NCBI GenBank assembly: GCA_963725255.1
Contig: CAVRXV010000012.1
Location: 14,301-78,300, forward strand
Origin: an uncultured Gammaproteobacteria bacterium
GTDB lineage: Bacteria; Pseudomonadota; Gammaproteobacteria; JAIEPX01
DNA length: 64,000 bases
Direction: 5' to 3'
Part shown: in pieces, positions 28,320 through 39,592 of the stretch
Position numbering within the stretch: the first letter of the stretch is position 1
Layout: the number at the start of each line of letters is the position of its first letter
Position numbers and translations under genes: made by a program
The notes under the pieces: model-generated
What the model was told of the DNA's origin: nothing
What the model saw: only the letters and a program-made list of their open reading frames with translations
Databases searched by the model: none

Positions 28320-29528
28320 CTACGAGGTGAGCTGGGTAATCGTTTTTTGCATGATCTGGGCTATTTCATCAATTTGATCGGCAGTGATGATCAGGGGTGG
28401 CGCGAGTCGAACCACTGTTTCATGGGTTTCTTTGCTGAGGAGCCCATTTTCCAAGAGCGCGAGGCAGACATCGCGTGCTGCATGATATTTTGGATCAATT
28501 TCAATGCCGATAAGCAATCCTTTGCCGCGAATGTCTTTAATGATTGGAGATTTGATTTGCTTTAAATGTTGCTGTAATCGATCGCCCATTGCTGCTGCAT
28601 TCTCAGAAAATTTTTCTTCTACAATAATATTCAGCGCTGTTAGACCAATGTTGGCTGAGAGTTCGTTGCCCCCAAAAGTACTGCCATGATCGCCTGGTTT
28701 AAAAACATCAAGAATATTTTTGTTTGCTAAAAATAATGAGACAGGCAACATTCCGCCTCCGAGTGCTTTGCCCAAAAGTATTCCATCAGGTTGAACATTC
28801 TCGTGCTGACACGCTAGCAATTTACCGGTGCGTCCAAGTCCCGTTTGAATTTCGTCGCAAATCATGAGCACGTTATTTTCGCCACAAATTTTTGCGCATT
28901 CTGCGAGATAGCCTTCAGGTGGGACAATAATTCCTGCTTCGCCTTGAATGGGTTCTACGAGAAAAGCCGCCGTATTTTTATTAATCGCTTTTTCCAGTGA
29001 TTTTGTATCGCCATAAGGAATTAATTTAAATCCTGGAGTGAGTGGGCCAAAGTTTTCGTAATATTGTGGTTCGGAAGAAAAACTAATGATGGTGGTAGTT
29101 CGGCCGTGAAAATTATTGTTGCACACAATGATTTCAGCTTTATTGTCAGGAACACCTTTAACAGTATAGGCCCATTTTCGTACTGCTTTAATTGCAACTT
29201 CGACGGCTTCTGCGCCTGAATTAAGCGGGCAACCTCCAAAATAGTTTGTAAGTTCGCAGGCCCTCTGCAAAAATTTTCCTAAAGTGGGTGAATAAAAAGC
29301 GCGTGAAGTGAGCGTTAATTGTTCCACTTGCTGTTGAATTTTTGCAACTAATTTTGGATGGCAATGACCATGTGATAATGCGGAATAAGCACTCATACAA
29401 TCGATGTATTGTTTTCCCTCTTCATCCCACACATGAATACCTTTTCCTTTTGTGATAACGACAGGTAGTGGTTTATAATAATTAGCACCGTAATGCTTTT
29501 CTCTATTTATCGTTTCGTTTGTGGTCAT
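28320..29528 (-). CDS. rocD: ornithine aminotransferase
   Basis: YGANYYKPLPVVITKGKGIHVWDEEGKQYIDCMSAYSALSHGHCHPK, DEIQTGLGRTGK. Start moved to ATG 29528 after AAGGAG. Confidence 0.85.
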   Translation of the reverse strand: MTTNETINREKHYGANYYKPLPVVITKGKGIHVWDEEGKQYIDCMSAYSALSHGHCHPKLVAKIQQQVEQLTLTSRAFYSPTLGKFLQRACELTNYFGGCPLNSGAEAVEVAIKAVRKWAYTVKGVPDNKAEIIVCNNNFHGRTTTIISFSSEPQYYENFGPLTPGFKLIPYGDTKSLEKAINKNTAAFLVEPIQGEAGIIVPPEGYLAECAKICGENNVLMICDEIQTGLGRTGKLLACQHENVQPDGILLGKALGGGMLPVSLFLANKNILDVFKPGDHGSTFGGNELSANIGLTALNIIVEEKFSENAAAMGDRLQQHLKQIKSPIIKDIRGKGLLIGIEIDPKYHAARDVCLALLENGLLSKETHETVVRLAPPLIITADQIDEIAQIMQKTITQLTS

Positions 29529-29541
29529 AATTCGCTTCTCC

Positions 29542-30420
29542 TTAAAATAGTGTTTCAATAAGATCAAAAATAATTTCTTCTGTTTGATGATTTTTATCGA
29601 GTGAAGGATTAAATTCTGCAATTTCAAGTCCAACTAAAAGTGGATGGTTATTCCATAATTTCATTGCGTTAAACAGTTGTTTCGATGATAATCCGTTAGG
29701 TGCAGGAGTTCCTACGCCGGGTGCTTCAATTGGATCGATCGCATCAAGATCAAAACTAATTCCGAATCCTGCAGTTCCTGTTGTGGCAATAGTCAGCGCT
29801 TCGCTTAAAACAATTTCGATTCCACGTTCATTTATTTCTTCCATGTAAAAAATGCGGACGTTGAGATGTTCGAGTAATTTTTTTTCTTCAGCCTCATAGG
29901 AACGTACGCCGATGAGACAAAGATGTTCTGGTTTAATTTTAGGTGTTGATGTTCGCACTGAGGTGAGTGAAGGATCACCATAACCTAGTAGCGTAGCGAG
30001 TGGCATGCCGTGAATGTTTTCTGAAGGCGTTGTTTCAGGTGTGTGGCTATCCATGTGTGCATCGACCCAAATTAACCCCAAATCTCCGCGTTTTGCTATT
30101 CCTGTAGAAGCACCACTCCAAGTTCCGATGGCTGAGCTGTGGTCACCGCCCAATGTGACAAAATGTTTGTCAGCACGCGATAATTTTTCAGTAGCCGTTG
30201 CCATTCGTACGTTGATGTCGTGTAAAAAAGGGAGTGCCTCTATACCATGAGCGCGTCCTGTTGGGTAAAAACATTCATAATCACTGATTAAATGGTTGAG
30301 CCGATGCATAGACCCAGAGTTAATAATCTGTTCGGGACCTTTCTCGGTGCCTGCTTGAGACGTGCCTAGATCGCAGGCGTACCCGAGTAGAGTAACTTTT
30401 CCGTTATTTGATTGAGGCAT
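29542..30420 (-). CDS. rocF: arginase (ureohydrolase family)
   Basis: Mn-binding motifs GGDHS, DAHMD, SFDLDAIDP. Ends 13 nt upstream of rocD. Confidence 0.8.
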   Translation of the reverse strand: MPQSNNGKVTLLGYACDLGTSQAGTEKGPEQIINSGSMHRLNHLISDYECFYPTGRAHGIEALPFLHDINVRMATATEKLSRADKHFVTLGGDHSSAIGTWSGASTGIAKRGDLGLIWVDAHMDSHTPETTPSENIHGMPLATLLGYGDPSLTSVRTSTPKIKPEHLCLIGVRSYEAEEKKLLEHLNVRIFYMEEINERGIEIVLSEALTIATTGTAGFGISFDLDAIDPIEAPGVGTPAPNGLSSKQLFNAMKLWNNHPLLVGLEIAEFNPSLDKNHQTEEIIFDLIETLF

Positions 30421-30441
30421 ATTGAGCTCCGTTTCACTGTG

Positions 30442-30513
30442 TGCTCCCTAGGGGAATCGAACCCCTGTTTGCGCCGTGAGAGGGCGACGTCCTAACCGCT
30501 AGACGAAGGGAGC
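30442..30513 (-). tRNA. tRNA-Glu, anticodon CUC
   Basis: Hand-folded cloverleaf: acceptor GCTCCCT/AGGGAGC, anticodon loop CTCTCAC, T-arm AGGGG-TTCGATT-CCCCT. Close to the E. coli tRNA-Glu body. No encoded CCA. Confidence 0.85.
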
Positions 30514-30624
30514 GTTCATTCATTATATGCAATTAGTGTCGTTGGGGATAGGGGAGGGATCTGCCCCCTTTCACTATCTGTGCAAAATGGGTATTATCCT
30601 AGCCTTTTATGAACGTTGTAGCGA

Positions 30625-32091
30625 ATGAAGAAAGTTTGGAACACAATTAAGTCCCGCGTCAGTAAGCCTCGACGGGCAGAATCATCCACGAGTATATCGG
30701 CAAATGCTGAGATTATTCCGAGTGCATCTCACAACATTTCACAAAACAATATTAGTTCCGCGTCTTTAAAAGTATTGCATCGTCTAAACGATGCTGGCTT
30801 TTCTGCTTATCTCGTTGGTGGTGGCGTTCGTGATTTATTGTTAGATCGAAAACCCAAAGATTTTGATGTTGCAACAAATGCATCGCCCGAACAGATTCGT
30901 CGTTTGTTCAGTAACAGTCGAATTATTGGTCGTCGTTTTCGATTGGTGCATATTCGATATGGTAGAGAAATTGTTGAAGTTGCAACGTTTAGAGGAAAGG
31001 GCGGAAATGTTCCTGACGAGGAATTGGAAAATAATTTAGATAGAATTGAAGAAAATGAAGATATTGTTTCAGAAGATTTTGAAAAAGAAAATTTTGTAGC
31101 ACAAAAATCGAAGAAAAAACCATCTCGTACCCCCGCGGGCATTTTAGAACACGATAATGTTTATGGTACGATGGAAGAGGATGCGTTTAGACGCGATTTT
31201 ACAGTAAATGCTTTATTTTATGGGGTAGAAGATTCTTCCGTAATAGATTTTTGCCATGGTATGCAAGATTTAGAAAATAAAAAAATTCGCGTAATTGGTG
31301 ATCCAGAGCAGCGTTATCGAGAAGATCCTGTTCGCATGTTGCGAGCAATTCGTTTTGCTGCAAAATTGGGTTTCACGATTGACCAACATTCTGCGGCACC
31401 TATTCGAAAGTTATCAGATTTACTGTCGCATGTTCCCCCCGCCAGAATGTATGATGAATTTATCAAATTAATTGTAAGCGGCTTTTCTGTTCAAACGTTT
31501 GAATTATTGATGCAGTACGGATTATTTGAATATATTTTTCCTCATACTCATCGTTGTTTGAAAGGATCTAATGGTGATTCGGTTTTAAAATTTATCGAAG
31601 TTGCATTGCAAGAAACTGATGCCAGGATTGCAGCAGGAAAAACAATTAATCCAGCATTTATGTTAGCCGTTTTGTTATGGCATCCTTTGCAAGAGCGCCG
31701 ACAATTTTACGAACAAGAGGGTCATAATCTTTACGTGGCAAATCAATTAGCTCAAAACGATGTGATCAAGGAACAATTATCTCGAATTGCTTCACCACGA
31801 CGTACTACAACAACATTACGAGATATTTGGATGTTGCAAAATCTTTTAGTTCAAACGCGAAAAATGCGTATTTTAAGGGCTTTTCATCATCAGCATTTTC
31901 GAGCAGGATACGATTTTTTATTGTTGCGTGGTCGAGTGGGAGAATCAGTTCAATCATTGGTTGATTGGTGGACTCATTTTCAGCAGGTTGATGAGGAAGC
32001 GCAAGAAAATTTAATGAATGAACTTCAGTCAATGCAAGGTTCAAAAAGACGAGGGTCTCCACGACGACGACGGTCACCTTCAAAAAGATAA
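30625..32091 (+). CDS. pcnB: poly(A) polymerase I
   Basis: AYLVGGGVRDLLLDRKPKDFDVAT, RDFTVNALFY, basic C-terminal tail. Followed by folK as in E. coli. Confidence 0.9.
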   Translation: MKKVWNTIKSRVSKPRRAESSTSISANAEIIPSASHNISQNNISSASLKVLHRLNDAGFSAYLVGGGVRDLLLDRKPKDFDVATNASPEQIRRLFSNSRIIGRRFRLVHIRYGREIVEVATFRGKGGNVPDEELENNLDRIEENEDIVSEDFEKENFVAQKSKKKPSRTPAGILEHDNVYGTMEEDAFRRDFTVNALFYGVEDSSVIDFCHGMQDLENKKIRVIGDPEQRYREDPVRMLRAIRFAAKLGFTIDQHSAAPIRKLSDLLSHVPPARMYDEFIKLIVSGFSVQTFELLMQYGLFEYIFPHTHRCLKGSNGDSVLKFIEVALQETDARIAAGKTINPAFMLAVLLWHPLQERRQFYEQEGHNLYVANQLAQNDVIKEQLSRIASPRRTTTTLRDIWMLQNLLVQTRKMRILRAFHHQHFRAGYDFLLLRGRVGESVQSLVDWWTHFQQVDEEAQENLMNELQSMQGSKRRGSPRRRRSPSKR

Positions 32092-32191
32092 ATATTATTT
32101 TTGAGTATTGAAGAGGATTTGTAACCATTCACCACGTTGGCTAGAATGGCTAAAACGTTTCCATCCTGTGGTGAAAAGTTAAGAGGATTTT

Positions 32192-32677
32192 ATGTCTGAG
32201 GTTATCGCCTATATTGGATTGTCTAGTAATCTTTCGGATCCGTTCCAGCAGGTTCTACGAGCATTTGATGAGCTTGCTGAGCTCCCTAAGACTCAGTTAG
32301 TGGCAAAATCTAAGTTATACCTGAATCCGCCTATGGGGCCACAAGATCAACCGGATTATATTAATGCGGTGGTTCAATTATCGACAAAATTACACCCCGA
32401 AGAACTGATGGATGAGCTACAAAATATCGAGCAATGCCATCATCGGGAGCGTATCATTTACTGGGGTCCGCGAACATTGGATCTTGATATGCTATTATAT
32501 GGACATGAAGAAATTTCATCGGAGCGTCTAAAAGTGCCGCATCCAGGTTTAAAGCAGCGGATATTTGTGGTGCAGCCTTTGTTAGAAATTGCTCCAGAGC
32601 TGATATTGCCCGATGGCACGAAATTGGTCTCATTGATGAAAGAGTTGGGTCCTGAAATGACAGGAATTTTAGTATAA
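32192..32677 (+). CDS. folK: 2-amino-4-hydroxy-6-hydroxymethyldihydropterin pyrophosphokinase
   Basis: HPPK pattern (GPRTLDLDMLLYG, LKVPHPGL). Confidence 0.9.
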   Translation: MSEVIAYIGLSSNLSDPFQQVLRAFDELAELPKTQLVAKSKLYLNPPMGPQDQPDYINAVVQLSTKLHPEELMDELQNIEQCHHRERIIYWGPRTLDLDMLLYGHEEISSERLKVPHPGLKQRIFVVQPLLEIAPELILPDGTKLVSLMKELGPEMTGILV

Positions 32678-32709
32678 GCGGGGGTCCCGCTGTTGAAAGA
32701 CGAGGTATC

Positions 32710-33455
<746 letters not shown>

Positions 33456-33560
33456 TTACTCAAAATTCGGATTACCATTGTTTATGCAAAATCCAGACTC
33501 GCAGTATCTTTTTTATCCCTGACGCGGTACAATGACTCGTTATCTAAACGGAGACGTACC

Positions 33561-34763
33561 ATGATACATAGCTTAGTTTCACTATCATTTTGGGGTAATG
33601 TAATTGTTACACTTATCCTAACTCATATCACTGTATTAGGCGTGACAATTTATTTGCATCGCTGTCAGGCACATCGAGCTTTGGATTTGCATCCCGCTTT
33701 ATCACACTTTTTTAGAATGTGGCTGTGGTTATCGACTAGTATGAGTACGCGCGCTTGGGTAGCAATCCACCGTAAACATCACACCTTTGTGGAAACGGAA
33801 GACGATCCACACAGTCCGGTTGTTATGGGATTGCCCAAAGTATTTTTTGGCGGTGTTTTGTTGTATCGTAATGAAAGTAAAGTGAAAGAGACGTTGGAAC
33901 GATTTGGTCGTGGAACGCCCGAAGATTGGCTTGAAAGAAAGCTTTATGCTCCTCGTCCACTTACAGGTGTTATTACGCTATTAATTCTGGAACTGATGAT
34001 ATTTGGTTGGCCTGCGTTGATTATGTGGGTTGTTCAAATGCTTTGGATTCCATTCTGGGCAGCTGGAGTGATCAATGGTATTGGGCACTGGTGGGGCTAC
34101 CGAAATTTTGGAAGTCCTGATGCTTCGACAAATATTGTGCCGTGGGGAATAATTGCTGGTGGAGAAGAGCTACACAATAACCACCATGCCTTTGGTACCT
34201 CAGCTAAACTCTCCGTTAAATGGTATGAGTTTGATATTGGTTGGTTCTATATTCGGTTATTCGAAATCCTAGGATTAGCAAAAGTGCATCGGTCTATACC
34301 CAAAATCATCTCTGATCCTAAAAAGAATGTCGTAGATAGCGATACACTGGGTGCTTTGTTAGGAAATCGCTTTCAAGTACTCGATCAATACTGGCGTAGA
34401 GTTTTTAGACCAGTGATACGTGACCTAAAACAACGGGCTTCTAAACCTCAGCAAGGGCTTTTACGTGGCGCGCGTCGATTATTGAACAAAGACGAAGCAC
34501 AGAGAAATCCTGCAGAACAGGCTCAATTACAAGAGATTTTGGCTCAAGGCTCAACGTTAAAAACAATTTATGATTTGCGTAACGAGCTTCAAGACATTTG
34601 GCATCGTACAACGGCGAACCAGGTAGAGATGTTGGAACGCTTGCAAAATTGGTGCCACGAGGCTGAAGCCACTGGGATTCAGGCTTTGAAAGAATTCGTA
34701 GCGCTCCTGAAGACTTATACCTTGCAACAGCAACGTGTGCGTGTGAAGTCTAACGGACAGTAA
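33561..34763 (+). CDS. membrane fatty-acid (acyl-lipid/acyl-CoA) desaturase
   Basis: Histidine boxes HRCQAH, HRKHH, HNNHH. Confidence 0.85.
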   Translation: MIHSLVSLSFWGNVIVTLILTHITVLGVTIYLHRCQAHRALDLHPALSHFFRMWLWLSTSMSTRAWVAIHRKHHTFVETEDDPHSPVVMGLPKVFFGGVLLYRNESKVKETLERFGRGTPEDWLERKLYAPRPLTGVITLLILELMIFGWPALIMWVVQMLWIPFWAAGVINGIGHWWGYRNFGSPDASTNIVPWGIIAGGEELHNNHHAFGTSAKLSVKWYEFDIGWFYIRLFEILGLAKVHRSIPKIISDPKKNVVDSDTLGALLGNRFQVLDQYWRRVFRPVIRDLKQRASKPQQGLLRGARRLLNKDEAQRNPAEQAQLQEILAQGSTLKTIYDLRNELQDIWHRTTANQVEMLERLQNWCHEAEATGIQALKEFVALLKTYTLQQQRVRVKSNGQ

Positions 34764-34926
34764 CAAGCTAAATTGAGATGATTTAGATAGCCATTCTAAT
34801 AAAGGTGGCGAATGGCTAAAATCCATTATGTGGTGAATAGTTGCTAAATTAGGAAGTGGCGAGAATAAGCTTGATTGCTGGTTTAAACTCTGCTATAAAT
34901 CGCTGTTCTTTGTGTTGGAGATAATC

Positions 34927-35154
34927 ATGGCAAAAGTATGTATAGTGACGGGCAAGAAACCCATGTCTGGGCATAATGTTTCGCACTCAAATCGAAAAAC
35001 GAAAAGACGTTTTTTACCGAATTTGCAAACGCGACGTTTTTGGGTCGATAGTTTGAAGAAGTGGATCACACTGCGTGTTTCTACTAAAGCGATACGTACT
35101 ATCGACAAAAAAGGGATCGAAGCGGTTCTCAAAGATCTTGAGAGTCGTAAGTAA
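34927..35154 (+). CDS. rpmB: 50S ribosomal protein L28
   Basis: [34 protein letters not shown]. Start moved to ATG 34927. TTGATT-17-TATAAA promoter upstream. Confidence 0.95.
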   Translation: MAKVCIVTGKKPMSGHNVSHSNRKTKRRFLPNLQTRRFWVDSLKKWITLRVSTKAIRTIDKKGIEAVLKDLESRK

Positions 35155-35173
35155 ATATTAAGAGGATTAAAGA

Positions 35174-35338
35174 ATGGCAGCTAATCGTGAAAAAATTAAA
35201 TTAGTTTCTACAGCTGGAACTGGTCATTATTACACCACTACAAAAAACAAGCGCACCAAGCCTGAAAAAATTTCGTTGAAAAAATATGATCCAGTAGTTC
35301 GTAAGCATGTCGAATATAAAGAAGACAAGATTAAGTAA
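35174..35338 (+). CDS. rpmG: 50S ribosomal protein L33
   Basis: Hand translation: [54 protein letters not shown]. Below the ORF-track cutoff. Confidence 0.9.
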   Translation: MAANREKIKLVSTAGTGHYYTTTKNKRTKPEKISLKKYDPVVRKHVEYKEDKIK

Positions 35339-35369
35339 TTTCTCTTCAGCAGTTTTCACTAATCAGTAA

Positions 35370-35400
35370 GCGCTTCTCGATCTGAAGAAGCGCATTTTTT
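35370..35400 (+). terminator. rho-independent terminator after rpmG
   Basis: gcgcttct (35370-35377) / agaagcgc (35386-35393), followed by TTTTTT. Confidence 0.8.
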
Positions 35401-35437
35401 CCAATATTGATGATATTCAAGTAATTAAACCTATAGG

Positions 35438-36112
35438 TCAGATCAGCCCTTCTTCTGCAAATGAGATTGCATTGCAATTCCCGATGATAATGTGATCTTT
35501 CACGACTAAATCAAGTGGTGATAGCGCCTTAATAAATTCCCGAGTTAAATTTTTGTCAGCTAGACTGGGGCATGGGTCACCAGAAGGATGATTGTGTGCA
35601 AAAATTAGACCCACTGTAGGATGAGCGAGTGCTCTCTCGATGATTATACGTAGATGTATGGTGGCTGAATTAACGGTTCCATGAAACAATTCTTCATAGG
35701 CAATTAATCGATTGTGGCTATCAAGGAATAAAACAGCGAAGGTTTCATGTTTGAGGTGACGCATTTTTCTGATCAGAAATTGTTTGGTGGCGATTGTCGT
35801 TGAAAGTGTGGGGCCGCGTTGCAGTGGCTCTTGCAGGTAACGGAGAGTAAGTTCAAGCCCGGCGCGAAGTTGACAAAATTTTGCACTACCAAGGCCAGAG
35901 GTTTTACGTAACGTGTTAAAATCTGCGTTGAGTAAGTTGTTAAGTCCACCGAATTGTTCGAGCAATTCATGGGCGAGTGCAATGGATGAGGTGCCTCTGC
36001 GACCCGTGCGTAAAAAAATGGCAAGCAATTCAGCATCGGTTAGAGCTTCAGCGCCATAGGCGATTAAACGTTCGCGAGGACGTTCATTGAGAGGTATATC
36101 TGAGATTTTCAT
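35438..36112 (-). CDS. radC: RadC-family JAMM protein
   Basis: MKISDIPLNERPRERL..., HNHPSGD motif. Start moved to ATG 36112. Confidence 0.85.
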   Translation of the reverse strand: MKISDIPLNERPRERLIAYGAEALTDAELLAIFLRTGRRGTSSIALAHELLEQFGGLNNLLNADFNTLRKTSGLGSAKFCQLRAGLELTLRYLQEPLQRGPTLSTTIATKQFLIRKMRHLKHETFAVLFLDSHNRLIAYEELFHGTVNSATIHLRIIIERALAHPTVGLIFAHNHPSGDPCPSLADKNLTREFIKALSPLDLVVKDHIIIGNCNAISFAEEGLI

Positions 36113-36250
36113 TTCTGCATATTCCATTTTCTATTTAACATCGTCAATACCGTATCGAGAGAGGAAATAGCAGTTATTCTTGATTTAAGGGAGCCAAATC
36201 AGTACATTGTTAAATTATGTTTCATGCAGGCTTAAGAAAGATTGTGAGGA

Positions 36251-36718
36251 GTGATGATGCAAAAAACCGTTCAATTGAAAATTCTCGACGATCGTATTGG
36301 TACTGAACAATTTCCATTGCCAGAATATGCAACGACAGGATCTGCTGGATTAGATTTGAGAGCTTGTCTTGATGAGCCTTTAGAAATTGCACCGGGTGAA
36401 GTGAAGTTAATTCCTACTGGTTTGGCAATCCACATTAATGATCCCGGGTATGCGGCGACTATACTGCCACGATCAGGATTGGGCCATAAACACGGCGTAG
36501 TGTTGGGCAATTTAGTAGGATTAATTGATTCGGATTATCAAGGCCCTCTGATGCTTTCATGTTGGAATCGCAGTGATAAATCCTACACAATTCAACCTGC
36601 TGAACGTATCGCACAATTGGTTGTCATGCCAGTGAGTCGAGTGACATTTGATGTTGTCGATGAATTTACAAATAGCGATAGGGGAGAAGGTGGATTTGGA
36701 TCTACAGGAAAACGATAA
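36251..36718 (+). CDS. dut: dUTP diphosphatase
   Basis: [37 protein letters not shown]. Confidence 0.95.
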   Translation: MMMQKTVQLKILDDRIGTEQFPLPEYATTGSAGLDLRACLDEPLEIAPGEVKLIPTGLAIHINDPGYAATILPRSGLGHKHGVVLGNLVGLIDSDYQGPLMLSCWNRSDKSYTIQPAERIAQLVVMPVSRVTFDVVDEFTNSDRGEGGFGSTGKR

Positions 36719-38123
36719 ATTGCAGCAATATCAAATTGTCAAAGACATTCCAGAAACCATTTTTCGAGCGTACGATATTCGAGGAATTGTTAATGAAAAT
36801 CTCACACCAAATATTGTTTATACTATTGGATTAGCAATTGGTGCTGAAGCGAAATCGCGCGGTGAAAATTTTGTCGCTGTGGGTCGTGATGGTCGTCATT
36901 CTTCTCCAGAATTATCTCAAGCATTACAAACAGGATTAACTCACGCTGGAGTCACCGCGGTAGATTTATTGCAAGTGCCCACTCCTGTTTTGTATTTTTT
37001 TCTGCATAATGATGAAAAAATTACTTCTGGTGTGATGGTAACAGGTAGTCATAATCCCAGTCAGTATAATGGTTTGAAAATTGTATTAGGAAGAAAGACT
37101 CTGTTTGGTGAAGCAATCAGTGCCCTACGACAGCGAATTATTAACGGTGTTTCTATTGAGAATAATAATATTCCGTCTCATTTTGTTTCAAATGCAGTGG
37201 AAAATTATCAAACATTTATTGTGGATAAAATTAAATTAGACAGGCCACTCAATATCGTGATTGATTCTGGAAATGGTGTGACTGGTTCTGTTGCACCCTC
37301 TCTGTTTCGTCGATTAGGTTGTACTGTTCATGAATTATTTTGTGACGTCGATGGTGATTTTCCCAATCACCACCCAGATCCTTCACGCCCTGAAAATTTA
37401 GGTGATTTAATAGCAAAAGTAGAAGAGACAGGTGCTGATCTAGGATTGGCCTTTGATGGTGATGGTGATCGATTAGGCGTTGTGACTGCAAAAGGAAAAA
37501 TAATCTGGCCTGATCGGCAATTAATGCTATTTTCTCAAGATATTTTATCTCGAAATGCAGGAGCATCAATTATTTATGATGTTAAATGTTCGCGTCATTT
37601 AGGCGATGTGATCGAAGCTGCGGGTGGTATGCCCCTGATGTGGAAAACAGGGCATTCGTATATTAAAAGCAAAATGCTCGAAACGGGCGCTTTATTGGCT
37701 GGAGAAATGAGTGGGCATATATTTTTCAAAGAACGTTGGTTTGGTTTTGATGATGCCTTGTATGCTGCTGTTCGTTTATTAGAAATTATAAGTCATGACA
37801 AACTTTCTGTTGATGAAATTTTTTCTGCATTGCCAGATAGTTTATCGACACCTGAATTGCAATTAAAAATTGACGATGAACGTAAATTTCTTTTTATGGA
37901 TAAACTCGCGGAATCTGCTCATTTTCCGAATGCGAAAATTTGCACTATCGATGGAATCAGAGTGGATTTTTCAGATTCATGGGGGTTGGTACGCGCATCG
38001 AATACTACACCTTCGATCGTTTTTAGATTTGAAGCTGATGATGAAATCGCATTAGAAAACGTAAAATTGAAATTCAGGCAATGGCTTCATTCGTTGGATT
38101 CTAATTTGAAATTACCGTTTTGA
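36690..38123 (+). CDS. phosphomannomutase/phosphoglucomutase (AlgC/ManB type)
   Basis: FRAYDIRG, active-site [11 protein letters not shown], metal loop FDGDGDR. The start is uncertain (GTG 36690 or TTG 36696), because the track start 36648 overlaps dut. Confidence 0.85.
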   Translation: MDLDLQENDKLQQYQIVKDIPETIFRAYDIRGIVNENLTPNIVYTIGLAIGAEAKSRGENFVAVGRDGRHSSPELSQALQTGLTHAGVTAVDLLQVPTPVLYFFLHNDEKITSGVMVTGSHNPSQYNGLKIVLGRKTLFGEAISALRQRIINGVSIENNNIPSHFVSNAVENYQTFIVDKIKLDRPLNIVIDSGNGVTGSVAPSLFRRLGCTVHELFCDVDGDFPNHHPDPSRPENLGDLIAKVEETGADLGLAFDGDGDRLGVVTAKGKIIWPDRQLMLFSQDILSRNAGASIIYDVKCSRHLGDVIEAAGGMPLMWKTGHSYIKSKMLETGALLAGEMSGHIFFKERWFGFDDALYAAVRLLEIISHDKLSVDEIFSALPDSLSTPELQLKIDDERKFLFMDKLAESAHFPNAKICTIDGIRVDFSDSWGLVRASNTTPSIVFRFEADDEIALENVKLKFRQWLHSLDSNLKLPF

Positions 38124-38145
38124 TATCGGGATATAGTGAGGGAAT

Positions 38146-38925
38146 ATGATGTTAAAAGTTGTTTCAGCTAATTTAAATGGCATTCGATCTGCTCAAAGAA
38201 AAGGTTTTTTTGAATGGCTGCTGGCGGAACAACCGGATGTTATATGCGTTCAAGAAGTCAGAGCTCATATGAATCATTTGAAGGATCAACATTTTTATCC
38301 AGAAGGTTATCATCATTATTTCGTGGATGCTGAAAAAAAAGGCTATAGTGGTGTCGGTATATATTCTAAAAAGAAACCTGATCGCGTTATTACTCAACTG
38401 GGTTGGGATATTTCAGATAGAGAAGGGCGCTATATTCAGCTCGATTTTGGACAATTAAGTATTGCATCATTGTATTTACCCTCAGGGACCAGCGGTGAAG
38501 GTCGGCAAGATATCAAGTATCATTTTTTAGATCAATATGAAAAGGTATTACGTAAGCAGCGTCATGATGGTCGTCATTATATTTTATGTGGCGATTGGAA
38601 TATTGCACACAAAGAGATCGATCTCAAAAATTGGAAAACCAATCAAAAAAATTCGGGTTTTTTACCTGAAGAGAGAGCCTGGTTAGATAAATTATTTGAT
38701 GATATTGGTTTTGTGGATGCTTTTAGAGTGCTCAATCAAGAGCCTGATCAATACACCTGGTGGTCTCATCGCGGACAAGCGTATGCAAAAAATGTAGGAT
38801 GGCGTATCGATTATCAAATCGTTAGCCCCGAATTAAAAAAGAAAATTCAAAATGTCAGTATTTACAAAGATCAGAAATTTTCTGATCACGCGCCACTGAT
38901 TATTGATTATGATTTAAATGTCTAA
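38146..38925 (+). CDS. xthA: exodeoxyribonuclease III
   Basis: NLNGIRSA, CVQE, GDWNIAH, SDHAP. Confidence 0.9.
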   Translation: MMLKVVSANLNGIRSAQRKGFFEWLLAEQPDVICVQEVRAHMNHLKDQHFYPEGYHHYFVDAEKKGYSGVGIYSKKKPDRVITQLGWDISDREGRYIQLDFGQLSIASLYLPSGTSGEGRQDIKYHFLDQYEKVLRKQRHDGRHYILCGDWNIAHKEIDLKNWKTNQKNSGFLPEERAWLDKLFDDIGFVDAFRVLNQEPDQYTWWSHRGQAYAKNVGWRIDYQIVSPELKKKIQNVSIYKDQKFSDHAPLIIDYDLNV

Positions 38926-38926
38926 A

Positions 38927-39570
38927 TTATTTAGTCCCGAATAATCGATCACCAGCGTCCCCTAATCCAGGTACCATGTACGCATCATCATTTAAATATT
39001 CATCTAATGCAGCCACATAAATAGGAATGTCACTAAACAGTGAGTTAAATACTGTTATGCCTTCAGGAACTGCAATAAGTGCTAAAAAGCGGATATTTTT
39101 ACGATCGATTCCTTGCTCTAATAAAATCTCAATGGCTCGTACAGCAGAGTGGCCAGTTGCTAACATGGGATCGAGAACAATAAACATTTGATTTTTATTT
39201 GTAGGAAGTTTGACAAAATATTCGATGGGTGATGTGATATCGGATCACGGTATAGTCCAATGTGGCCTTCATTCGCTGTAGGCATAAGTTCTCTGAGTGC
39301 ATCAGCCATGCCGAGGCCCGCTCTTAAAATAGGTATAATTGAAACATCATGATCATCAAAGACAAGACCCGATGTTTCAGTAATAGGAGTTTTGATCGTG
39401 ACAGCTTTAGTAGGGAAATCTTTAGTTAATTCGTAGCCCATCAAAAAAGTGATTTCTCGGAGTAATTGGCGAAATTGCCCTGATTTCGTTTCTTCCATCC
39501 TCATCAGCGTCAACTTATGTTGAATGAGTGGGTGGTTAATGACGTGTAGATTAGGGAAAGTTCGGTTCAT
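38927..39570 (-). pseudogene. upp: uracil phosphoribosyltransferase with one frameshift (~39240)
   Basis: The N-part ...GHIGLYRDP switches frame before PIEYFVKLP...[14 protein letters not shown]...[14 protein letters not shown]. The two track ORFs overlap at 39160-39187. Confidence 0.8.
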
Positions 39571-39592
39571 GATTACTCCAAATTAAGGGTTT

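Noticed and set aside
30555-30580. ggggagggatctgccccc as another family-1 (AGATCTGACCCC) copy next to the tRNA
   Set aside because: Only about 11 of 13 positions match, with no partner arm. The match is too weak to call.
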